Source of the DNA: an uncultured delta proteobacterium
GTDB lineage: Bacteria; Myxococcota; Myxococcia; Myxococcales; Myxococcaceae
Length of the DNA stretch: 64,000 nt
Direction: 5' to 3'
Assembly: GCA_963713045.1 (NCBI GenBank)
Contig: CAVQKE010000007.1
Span: 448,001 to 512,000, forward strand
The translations under genes were made by a program, and so were the position numbers. Shown here one piece after another: positions 20,196-29,644 of the stretch. Each line of letters begins with the position of its first letter. The stretch's first letter is position 1. A model generated the notes under the pieces. The model was not told where the DNA came from, did no database searches, and saw only the letters and a list, made by a program, of their open reading frames with translations.

Positions 20196-21224
20196 TCAAC
20201 CGGCCTGCGTGCCAAGGCGGCCGCGGTACTGAGTGTCGAAGTACTGCCGGTAGGCACCACTGTTGACGTGCTCCCACCAAGCGGTGTGGTCGAGGTACCA
20301 CCGCACCGTCTCAGCGAGTCCCTGCTCAAAGGAGTGGGCCGGCTTCCAGCCGAGTTCCGAGCGAATCTTACCAGGGTCGATGGCATAGCGCCGGTCATGG
20401 CCTAGGCGATCGGCAACGAGGCGAATCAGGTTCTCGTTCTTGCCGAGCAACTGAAGGAGCCCTCGGACCACTTCCAGGTTCTTCCGCTCTGCTCCACCCC
20501 CGATGTTGTAGACCTCACCGGCGCGGCCGCGCTCGAGCACCGCGAGCAGCGCTTCGCAGTGGTCTTCAACATGTAACCAGTCACGAACGTTGCCGCCGTC
20601 GCCATAGACCGGGAGCGGCTTGTCATGAAGGGCATTGACAATCATCAGTGGAATCAGCTTCTCGGGAAACTGATGTCGGCCATAGTTGTTAGAGCATCGA
20701 GTAACGACGACATCCAACCCGAAGGTGTGACCGTAAGCGAGGGTGATGAGGTCGGCGGCCGCCTTAGAGGCGGAATACGGGCTGGAGGGCTGAAGCGGCG
20801 AGGATTCAGTGAAAGCTCCGCTCGCCCCGAGCAATCCGTACACCTCGTCTGTAGAGACCATGACAAAGCGGCGGACACCGGCCACCTTGCAAGTCTCTAG
20901 GAGCGCTTGGGTGCCGAGCACGTTGGTGTGGATAAAGACGTCCGGCCCGAGGATGGAACGGTCAACGTGGCTCTCGGCGGCGAGGTGGAGCACCACTTCG
21001 ATGGCGTGCCGGGCAAAGACGAACTCGAGCAACTCGCGGTTGCAGATGTCGCCCTTCACAAAAATGTGCCCTCGGTCATCTTCAAGCGCGGCCAGGTTCT
21101 CCAGATTGCCGGCATAGGTGAGTTTGTCGAGCGTCACGACCGTCCATTCCGGACGCCTTGCGCGCAGGTGAAGCACAAGGTTCGAACCAATAAAGCCGCA
21201 GCCGCCGGTGACAAGGACGTTCAT
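20196..21224 (-). CDS. rfbB: dTDP-glucose 4,6-dehydratase
   Basis: GGCGFIGSN, DKLTYAGN, HLAAESHVDRSI, STDEVYG, PYSASKA, RCSNNYG, HDRRYAID. Confidence 0.97.
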   Translation of the reverse strand: MNVLVTGGCGFIGSNLVLHLRARRPEWTVVTLDKLTYAGNLENLAALEDDRGHIFVKGDICNRELLEFVFARHAIEVVLHLAAESHVDRSILGPDVFIHTNVLGTQALLETCKVAGVRRFVMVSTDEVYGLLGASGAFTESSPLQPSSPYSASKAAADLITLAYGHTFGLDVVVTRCSNNYGRHQFPEKLIPLMIVNALHDKPLPVYGDGGNVRDWLHVEDHCEALLAVLERGRAGEVYNIGGGAERKNLEVVRGLLQLLGKNENLIRLVADRLGHDRRYAIDPGKIRSELGWKPAHSFEQGLAETVRWYLDHTAWWEHVNSGAYRQYFDTQYRGRLGTQAG

Positions 21225-21684
21225 TTCTAGAGGACTCGCATCATCTTCTTCGAACCGAGTCAATTCGCAAGTGGGTCGACGGCTCCCCTGGGCCTCAAGC
21301 GTGGCACCTGAGTCGCTTCTGAAGGACGACTCCCATGCGGTCGGTAAGGCGGCCGACATGGTGACTCCACGTCTTTCCTTCACACGTCGGTGCGCGTGCC
21401 GGCGAACTCCAAGCCTGATAGCAGCTTCCGTCGTGATCCGAGCCCAGCGACCGTGTCCGCAGGACCGGCGATCTGCTGGCGAGGCCGCCGTGGCAAAGGC
21501 GTTCCAGCCGAGAGATGGGTGCGGCGCAGCCACTCAGCCACGCCGATCGCCACCGCCCTGGACTTTAAGGTTTGAGCCTGATTGGCCTTGTCCTCGCGGG
21601 GGCGCGTGTGGGACCCTCCCCGCCCTTCGCGCGGGCGGCTCCTGACGGACGTGCCTGTCGCCCAGTACTTCAGGAGGCCAACAC

Positions 21685-24600
21685 TTGCTGGAGTGGACCG
21701 GCGAGCGCTTCATCCCCGGTGTCAAGGGCGACGTTGAAGTCGAACATCTGCACCGCTATTACGCGGCCAGCGGCTGCGTGCGCGGGCTACGCGTGCTCGA
21801 CATTGCCTGTGGCGAAGGTTACGGCTCCGCCATCCTCGCCCGACAGGCGCTGAGCGTCGTGGGCGTTGACATCAGCCCAGAGGCAATCGCGCATGCCCGA
21901 GCGACCTATGCCTCGACCGGACTGCGCTTCGAGGTCGGTTCCTGCGAGCAGATCCCACTCGGCGATGCCTCAGTCGACGCAGTCGTCTGCTACGAGACGC
22001 TGGAGCACGTGGCAGCGCACGACTCACTGATGGCCGAGTTCCGACGCGTGTTAGTTCCCGGGGGATTCCTGGTCATCTCGTGCCCAGACCGGATCGAGTA
22101 TTCCGAGATTCCCAAGTTTCACAACCCGTTTCACGTCCGCGAGCTCTACCTCAACGAACTCCGTGACCTGCTTGGACGTCATTTCCGTAAATTTCAGATC
22201 TATGGGCAGCGGGTGCAATACGCATCGGTGTTGGCACCGATCGACGAACTCAAATCGCCCTTTGTCTCATTCCGCTCCGCCGACGAAGTCGTGCGAGGAC
22301 AGGGGATCATTCGGCCCGTTTACTTCCTAGCGGTCGCCTCGGATAAGGCCTGCCCGCCGCTACCGGCTGGGGTGCTTGAGCCCCGGGTACCACCTTACCT
22401 GGCTGACATCGAAGCGCTACGGGCTGAGGTCCATCGCGAGCAGTCAGACCGTGCACGACTGAAGGACGAGCTGGCGCGAGTCGGCGCAGAGGCCGCGCGG
22501 CTACCGTCACTCCACGCCCGCGTTTCCGAGCAAGAGGGCCTTCTGTCCGAACAGCGCGGGCGCCTCGAGACGGGCGCCCTGGAACTCGCGCAGCTGACCC
22601 GAGCTTTGGAGGATGCCCGGGGGCTCCTCCGCGCCTCTGAGGGCCGCACCATCGAACTCGCCCAGCACGCATCCCAGCTCGACTCGGAGCTGAAGAGGAT
22701 TTGGGCTAGCCGCTCCTGGAGGTTCACCGCCCCTTTGCGCAAAGCGATGGGTGCGGTTCGCGATCTCCACCCGCGTCGGCGACTGCGACAGGCGACGGAG
22801 GGTCTGTTTGTTTTCATTTACCGCGGACTACCCTTGGGGGGGCGGGCGAGGGTCCGGATCCGCAACTTCCTCTTTCGCACGTCGCCCTGGGCCTTCGCTC
22901 ACACCCGGTCATTTCGAAATTGGCGCGAAATCAGCGTTCTCGACGAACGACCCCCAGGCTCGACGCACGAGTCCGCAGGGCAGCCTACCCTCGGAACGCT
23001 ACCCGGGTACCGTGTGCTTCCGGCCGCCGACGGGTTGTGGGAATGGGCAGACGGCGCTGAAATCCGTGAGCGGCTCGGACGCGCCGAGGCCAAGCGTCGT
23101 GCCGCGCTTCGGATCGCGCCCTACGCGGTCATCTCGCTCGAGGAGGGCGAGGTGGACGCCGCGGTGGCCGGCCTCCGCTTTCCTAATTGTCCGGAGCCGC
23201 TGGTCTCCATTCTGATCCCGACGTATGGCAATTTTAAGTACACGGTTGAATGCCTGGTCTCCATCGAACGGTGCGGCTCGTCCCTCGCAAGCGAAGTGAT
23301 TATCGCCGATGACGCCTCGACCGACGGTACCGCTGACCGGCTGGCTCGAGTCCCCAATCTGCGCGTTCTTTCTGCGGCACAAAACCAAGGGTTCCTGCGA
23401 AACGTCAACCGCGCAGTGCCCGCTGCTCGGGGCCGCTTCCTGGTCCTGCTCAACAATGATGTCCAGGTAACGTCAGGCTGGTTGGAGGCGCTCGTCTCTC
23501 CAGCTCTAGAGCTGCAACATGTGGGCGCTGTAGGCCCGAAGATTATCTACCCCTCTGGATGGCTTCAGGAGGCGGGGTGCTCTTTCCGTCCTGATGGCAC
23601 AACACAAATGGTTGGCCTCGGCGACAGTCCCAATCTTCCACAGTACGGCTACCTGCGCGAGGTGGACTATTGCTCGGGCGCTTGCCTCTTGGTCAACACA
23701 CAAATTTTCAGGGAGCTCGGCGGCTTCGACGACGCACTGGCGCCTGCCTACTGCGAGGACAGTGACCTCTGCTTGCGTCTGCGTGAGCGCGGCCTGCGCG
23801 TGATTTACAACCCAGCGGCGGTTGTCGTTCACCATCTCTCAAAGACAACGGCGGTGGAAGGCAACGACGTCAGGCTCGCGCAGGTGGGACGCAACCTCGA
23901 GAAGTTCGCTCGGAAGTGGCAGGCGACGCTCGACCGCCTGACTGCGGTGCGGGTGGTGGCGTTTTACCTGCCCCAGTTCCATCCGATTCCCGAGAACGAT
24001 CGCTGGTGGGGGCCCGGATTCACCGAGTGGCGCAACGTAGCGCAGGCGCGACCCAACTTCGTCGGCCACTACCAGCCGCGGTTGCCCGCCGACCTGGGCT
24101 TTTACGACCTGCGTGCGCCGGAGACAGCCGACCGACAGGCGGCACTGGCGCGCCGCTACAGCATCGACGCTTTTTGCTACTACTACTATTGGTTCGCGGG
24201 TCGCCGTCTGTTGGAAATGCCTCTCGAGCGCGTCCTCACACAAGGGCGACCTGATCTGCCATTTTGCGTCTGCTGGGCCAATGAGAATTGGACCCGCCGC
24301 TGGGATGGGCAGGACAACGAGATCTTGATGGCGCAGGCCCACTCGGACGCCGACGACCGGGCGGTCATCCTCGATCTGCTCCGCTACTTGCGCCACCCCA
24401 ACTACCTGCGGGTCAACGGCAAGCCACTGCTCGCTATCTACCGAGTTCAGCTTTTCCCCGACTTCCCGCGTACCGTCGCAACCTGGCGGCAGATTTGCCG
24501 AGAAGAGGGGCTCGGCGAAATCTATCTGACCCTGGTGGAGTCTTTCGACCTCGCCTCGAAGATGGTGCACCCCGCCACCTTTGGTTGCGATGCCTCCATC

Positions 24601-25031
24601 GAGTTCCCCCCCACGGCATGGCCGATCCACGGCCGCCGAGTGGGACGGTGACCAACCCGCGTTTCGCGGGGCAGGTGGCCGATTACCGCGACCTGGTGGC
24701 CCGCTTCTGCCTCCGCGAACAGCCTCCGTACATTCGCTTCCGTGGGCTAATCCCCGGCTGGGACAACACCCCGCGTCGGCAGGACGCCAGCTTCTGCTTT
24801 GAGAACGCTACGCCCGGGGCGTTCGAGGCCTGGGCCGAGGTCGTCATCGAGGAAACGGCCCGGATGCGCAGTGGCGAGGAGCGACTTGTGTTCGTCAACG
24901 CCTGGAACGAGTGGGCCGAGGGAGCCTACCTCGAGCCGGACCTGCGCTTCGGCCATACCTTCCTCGAGGCGCTGAAGAACGCCAAAGACTCGGCGCGGCT
25001 CAAGCGGAGGAGCCGATATGCGCTCGACTGA
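21685..25031 (+). CDS. Multidomain glycan-assembly protein: SAM methyltransferase + coiled coil + GT2 + WbsX/GH99-like domain; frameshift in poly-C at 24606-24612
   Basis: WTGERFIP...EHLHRY, VLDIACGEGYG; heptad-rich segment ending SRSWRFTAPLR; VSILIP/DDAS/LNND/DYCSGA; AFYLPQFH..ENDRWWG.GFTEW; C-terminus (PGWDNTPR, NAWNEWAEG.YLEPD) lies in ORF 24288-25031; AGGAGG RBS. Confidence 0.88.
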
Positions 25032-25107
25032 GGTGGCGGCCCCGATTGCCTCTTTCCGAGAGTGCTGGTTGGCCCGCATCAGCACTGTTACCCTCTGTCG
25101 TTAGGAG

Positions 25108-26652
25108 ATGACTCGCCCAACGCCCTCAGCTGAATCCCCGCGACTTCTCATCTTTGTCATCGCGTACCAGGCGGAGGCGACGCTGACCGCAGTGTTGGAG
25201 CGCATCCCCCGCTCTGTCTTCGAGGCCTGGGACACCGAGATACTCGTCGTCGACGACGCATCGGGAGACCGCACCTACGACATCGGCCGCGCGTACCAGG
25301 CGGCCCATGCAGACCTGCCTCTCACAGTCCTCCGCAACGCCTACAACCAGGGCTATGGCGGAAACCAGAAAGTCGGCTACTCGTACGCCATCGCCCGCGG
25401 CTGTGACGTCGTCGCAATGGTGCATGGGGACGGTCAATATGCACCGGAGGAACTTCCCCGGCTCCTCGAGCCCCTGCGAGAGGGAACGGCCGACGCCGTC
25501 TTCGGGAGCCGGTTCATGCCTCCCTCAGGTGCACGCAAGGGAGGCATGCCTCTTTACAAATTCATCGGCAACCGCGTCCTCACCGGGGTGCAGAACCTTT
25601 TGCTCGCCACCCGCCTCTCGGAGTTCCACTCTGGTTATCGCCTCTACCGGGTCCCGACGCTCGCCGCACTCCCCTTCGCCCTCAACTCCAACGACTTTCA
25701 CTTCGACACAGAGATTATTCTCCAGCTCCTGAACCATCGCGCCCGCATCATCGAGCTCCCCATCCCCACCTATTACGGGGACGAAATCTCGAGAGTGAAC
25801 GGGATGGCCTACGCGTGGAATGTCGTCTCGGCAACGCTGCAGAACGTCGCTCATCGCTTCGGGATTCTCTACCAGCGCCGCTTCGACGTGACGCCGCCTA
25901 CCGACACGTCCCATTACTCAGCAAAACTGGACTACGCCTCCAGCCACACCTTCGCCCTGGAGGCAGTGCCGGCTGGAAGTCGGGTGCTCGACTTGGGCGC
26001 AGGTCCGGGGCCGCTCGCCAACCGGCTTGCACAGAAGGGCTGCTCGCTCACTCTGGTCGACCGGGCGCCGTCACAGGGAGCTCCCCAGGGAGCCACCGTC
26101 CTCGTCCGCGACCTCGACGGCGACCCGCTGGACATCGACGTTCGAGACGCCGATGTCATTCTGCTTCTGGATGTCATTGAGCATTTGAAGGACCCGGAGC
26201 GCTTCATGGCCGCGCTGCGTCGCCACTTTGACTACCGGACGCGTACCGTTGTGCTGACCACACCCAATATTGCCTTTATCATCCAGCGTCTGATGCTGCT
26301 GTTGGGCCAGTTCAACTACGGCAAGTCCGGCATCCTCGACCGGACTCACACCCGACTCTTCACCTTCCGCAGCTTCGAGCACCTCCTCCGCGACGCTGGG
26401 CTTCGCATCAAACGAATTCGCGGCGTGCCGGCGCCCTTTCCCAAAGCAATCGGGGACAATTTCGCGGCGCGAGCCCTGCTGGCCATCAATCAGGCCCTCA
26501 TCCGGGTGAGCAAGTCGCTCTTCGCGTACCAGATTTTCGTTGAGGCCGAGACCACGCCGGACGTGACCTTCGTCCTCGCGGACTCGCTCGCAAGACATCC
26601 CATGCCCGCGGCCGACGCGCCGCCAAAGGGCCCCGTGGCCGCAAGCAGATGA
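25108..26652 (+). CDS. Bifunctional GT2 (polyprenyl-phosphate glycosyltransferase-like) / class I SAM methyltransferase
   Basis: VDDAS, NQGYGGNQK, HGDGQY, FGSRF, EFHSGYR, FDTEI; then VLDLGAGPG, LDVIEHL, GILDRTH. Confidence 0.88.
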   Translation: MTRPTPSAESPRLLIFVIAYQAEATLTAVLERIPRSVFEAWDTEILVVDDASGDRTYDIGRAYQAAHADLPLTVLRNAYNQGYGGNQKVGYSYAIARGCDVVAMVHGDGQYAPEELPRLLEPLREGTADAVFGSRFMPPSGARKGGMPLYKFIGNRVLTGVQNLLLATRLSEFHSGYRLYRVPTLAALPFALNSNDFHFDTEIILQLLNHRARIIELPIPTYYGDEISRVNGMAYAWNVVSATLQNVAHRFGILYQRRFDVTPPTDTSHYSAKLDYASSHTFALEAVPAGSRVLDLGAGPGPLANRLAQKGCSLTLVDRAPSQGAPQGATVLVRDLDGDPLDIDVRDADVILLLDVIEHLKDPERFMAALRRHFDYRTRTVVLTTPNIAFIIQRLMLLLGQFNYGKSGILDRTHTRLFTFRSFEHLLRDAGLRIKRIRGVPAPFPKAIGDNFAARALLAINQALIRVSKSLFAYQIFVEAETTPDVTFVLADSLARHPMPAADAPPKGPVAASR

Positions 26653-28016
26653 GCGCCGCACCGGAAGACGGCGGATGGACGCGCACCACGGTGCTTGCGC
26701 TCCTCCTCATCGCACTTGGCCAGATGCTGTTGGCAAGTGACGGCCACTACACGCCCGAGGCCATCCGGTGGCTAGTGGTGGCGAGCGCACTCGGCATGGT
26801 TGCCGTCTCTGCCCGGCCCCTTCCCGCGCTCGAGCGTCTGGGGCTGTGCGCACCGGTGGCCGTGCTCCTCTTTGGAGTCGTCGTCCAATTCACCCAAGTC
26901 GCCACCCACCCTCCCGGGATGTACCTCCGCCCCGTCAGTGGCTGGGCAGCCTTCCTCGCCGCTGTCGCGGCCGCCGCCGTCTTTTCCGGGAGCGTGGCTT
27001 TCGCCAGTCCAGCCTTGGCACGCCTCGGGACCGCGGCGCTTGCCGTGTGCTTTCTGGCTGCCGGGCTGTGGGTGCTTCGTGCCTCCCCCCGGCCCGCCAT
27101 CGATGTCTTCATCTTTCAACAGCAGGCGAGCGAGGCGTTGCTTCACGGCCACAACCCCTACACGCTGACGTTCCCCAACATTTACGGCCACACGCAGTTT
27201 TACGGACCGGACATTACCGACGGGCGGACCCTCTTCTTCGGATTCCCCTACCCACCCTTCTCGCTCTTCCTCGCCGCTGGAGGTTTTCTGGCCACTGGGG
27301 ACCACCGGTCGGCCCAGCTGTTGGCCTTCGTCATTTCGGCAGCATGCGTCCTCGCCCTGCGGCCAGACCGCCTCGGCGCGCTGGTGGCAGCCGTGCTGCT
27401 CTTCACCCCTCGCGGGCTCTTCGTCCTCGAGCAAGGCTGGACCGAACCCTTCGGCGTCGCTTTGCTCGGCCTCGTGCTGCTCTCGGCGGTGCGCGCTCCG
27501 CGCCTTCTCTGGCTGGCCCTCGGGGCCCTCTTCGCCTGGAAGCAGTACACGGTTGTCCTGTTTCCCCTGACAGCCCTGTTGCTCCCACGGCCTTTTTCTT
27601 GGAGGGCTTGGGCAAGACTGGTGGTGCCGGCGCTTGCGACGACGCTCGCCCTCACCCTTCCGCTCGCGCTGTGGGATGGGCGGGCGTTTTGGCGCTCGGT
27701 GGTGTGGCTCCAGACGGTGCAGCCCTTCCGGACGGATGCGCTGTCCTTCCCGGCGGCGCTGGTGGCCCTTGGCACCACGCCACCTCCCATCGTTCCCACG
27801 CTGCTCGTGCTTACCGCGCTGGCCGTTGCACTCGTCCTGTGGCGAGCCCCGCGGACGCCTCAGGGCTTCGCCCTCGCTGTCACCGTCGTGCTTGGTGTCT
27901 TCTTTGCCTTCAACAAGCAGTCGTTCTGCAACTACTGGTTTCTCGTGCTGGGCACCTCGGCGTTGGCCGTCGCCGCCGGCATGCCGCGGGCGACGGCCGC
28001 CGAGGGCCCGGACTGA
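26649..28016 (+). CDS. Polytopic membrane protein, GT-C (GT87-like) glycosyltransferase candidate
   Basis: ~12 TM segments; IDV..F......LLHGHNPY, FPYPP, EQGWTEP, WKQY, FNKQSFCNYW; ATGA overlap with upstream gene. Confidence 0.7.
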   Translation: MSAAPEDGGWTRTTVLALLLIALGQMLLASDGHYTPEAIRWLVVASALGMVAVSARPLPALERLGLCAPVAVLLFGVVVQFTQVATHPPGMYLRPVSGWAAFLAAVAAAAVFSGSVAFASPALARLGTAALAVCFLAAGLWVLRASPRPAIDVFIFQQQASEALLHGHNPYTLTFPNIYGHTQFYGPDITDGRTLFFGFPYPPFSLFLAAGGFLATGDHRSAQLLAFVISAACVLALRPDRLGALVAAVLLFTPRGLFVLEQGWTEPFGVALLGLVLLSAVRAPRLLWLALGALFAWKQYTVVLFPLTALLLPRPFSWRAWARLVVPALATTLALTLPLALWDGRAFWRSVVWLQTVQPFRTDALSFPAALVALGTTPPPIVPTLLVLTALAVALVLWRAPRTPQGFALAVTVVLGVFFAFNKQSFCNYWFLVLGTSALAVAAGMPRATAAEGPD

Positions 28017-28048
28017 AGCCTGCGGCCCGACGGACGCCAGGAGCCCCG

Positions 28049-28813
28049 TCAGCGCCCGGCGTCGTTGGCCCCGGCGAGTCGTTCCCTGGCCCCGCGCACC
28101 TCCTCCTCGTAGAGGCGCACCAGCTGCTTCTCTCGACTGAGGAGGAGGTCCACATTGGCGTCGCCCCAGGCCTCGCGCTCGTCGGCCAGGTGCTCCACTC
28201 GAGCCTCGTCTTCCCGGAGGGCGGCAAGGGTGGCGTCCACCGCCTCGCGCTTGTCGGCCGGAAGGCTACTGCGTGCGGCGGCGAGGTCGTCGGACAGCTT
28301 CCCCAACCCCAAGGGGTGAGTGAAAAGCCGCGCTGCCGCGACGTCCGCCGCCATGGACTCAATGAGACGCACTTCGGCCGCGCTGAGCGCCGTGCGCTGA
28401 CGCGCCGCTGCCTCGCGCTGCCCCTGCGCGGAGAGGACAGACCAAGCCCGCTGGACCGCGCCGGGCTCTCCGGCGTCGACGGCCTGGAGCAGCTCTCTCA
28501 GTTGGGCAGAGGACGGTTCGCCGCCTTGCAGCAGCAGTTGCTTGTACTCCAGAAAGGCCTCCAGCTTAGCCGCGGTGAGTCGGTAGGGACCTGCGTCGAC
28601 GCCAAGTGCGGCCGCTCGGCCCACCAGGCCAGCGTCTAGGGCAGTGTTCACGCGGGGAGTTGCCCGGCAGGCGGAAGCAGTGCATGCCAAAAGGAGACAG
28701 ACGGCGAACCACCGGTTGGGGCTTTGACCGTGAGCGGCGCGCTCGTGTACGACCTCCGGCGAGGATGGGCAGAAGAGCGGGAGGCACTGGTGAAGGTGTA
28801 CCTCGTGCGGCAC
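28049..28813 (-). CDS. Hypothetical helical lipoprotein (start uncertain)
   Basis: AVCLLLAC lipobox-like segment followed by helical domain; no clean start codon immediately before the signal peptide. Confidence 0.55.
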   Translation of the reverse strand: MPHEVHLHQCLPLFCPSSPEVVHERAAHGQSPNRWFAVCLLLACTASACRATPRVNTALDAGLVGRAAALGVDAGPYRLTAAKLEAFLEYKQLLLQGGEPSSAQLRELLQAVDAGEPGAVQRAWSVLSAQGQREAAARQRTALSAAEVRLIESMAADVAAARLFTHPLGLGKLSDDLAAARSSLPADKREAVDATLAALREDEARVEHLADEREAWGDANVDLLLSREKQLVRLYEEEVRGARERLAGANDAGR

Positions 28814-29281
28814 GCCGACGCGGACGCAGACATTCCTGAAGGGTTGGACGACGGGGCGCGCGCGTTGACTGCCAAGGCACGAGAGAAGGTGCACGCCCAC
28901 TTTGTAGCGCTCAAAGCCTCTATGGAGGGGGCGGCCCTCATCCTCACCAGCCCACTCGTCCGTACCGTGCAAACCGCTCAAATCCTAGCCCTTGCGCAGG
29001 GGCTCGAGGTGCCGCTTCGAGCCGACCGCAGCCTGCTTCCGGACATGCCGGTCGGCAGTCTGGATGTGGTGCTGGCCGAGCACCGGGCGGAGGACGTGGT
29101 GTTGGTGGGCCACAACCCGTCCATGCCGGCCATGGCCGCCCACCTTTTGTCCATCCAAGCCTTCCCGCGCAACGTAACGCCCGGCACCGTCATCGGTCTG
29201 GAAGTTATAGAAAACAGCCGAGCCCGCCTCCTCTTCTTCGCTGCGCCGGGACAGCCGATGGCCACCTCGCTTGGGGTCTAG
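28790..29281 (+). CDS. sixA: Phosphohistidine phosphatase SixA family
   Basis: YLVRHADA, R.LT, TSPLVRTVQTA, LVGHNP; GGGAGG RBS before GTG. Confidence 0.85.
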   Translation: MKVYLVRHADADADIPEGLDDGARALTAKAREKVHAHFVALKASMEGAALILTSPLVRTVQTAQILALAQGLEVPLRADRSLLPDMPVGSLDVVLAEHRAEDVVLVGHNPSMPAMAAHLLSIQAFPRNVTPGTVIGLEVIENSRARLLFFAAPGQPMATSLGV

Positions 29282-29293
29282 GCAAAGGGGCCT

Positions 29294-29620
29294 ATGGACG
29301 AGACCCGCTACAACCAGCTGGTGGCTGATGCCTTCCGGACGCTGATGCGGGCGCTGGACAAAGTCGACCCGGACCTGCTCGACGCGGACAGCACCGGCGA
29401 CATGGTGACGGTGACTTCGGCCTCGGGGCAGAAGGTGGTGGTCAACACCCAACGGGCGGCGCGGCAGATTTGGGTGGCCGGCAAAGGCCTTGGCCTGCAC
29501 TTCTCCTTTGAGGCCGACGGCCGGTGGATGGACGACAAAGGGAAGGGCGTCGAGCTCTTCACCTTCGTCGGGGACGCGGTGGCCGCCATCTCCGGGGTCC
29601 GGCTGGACCCAGAAGGCTGA
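29294..29620 (+). CDS. cyaY: Iron donor protein (frataxin homolog)
   Basis: MDETRY, VVNTQRAARQIWVA, GLHF, acidic N-terminal helix. Confidence 0.9.
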   Translation: MDETRYNQLVADAFRTLMRALDKVDPDLLDADSTGDMVTVTSASGQKVVVNTQRAARQIWVAGKGLGLHFSFEADGRWMDDKGKGVELFTFVGDAVAAISGVRLDPEG

Positions 29621-29644
29621 ACCGAAGGCTTCGGCCGTCTCACC

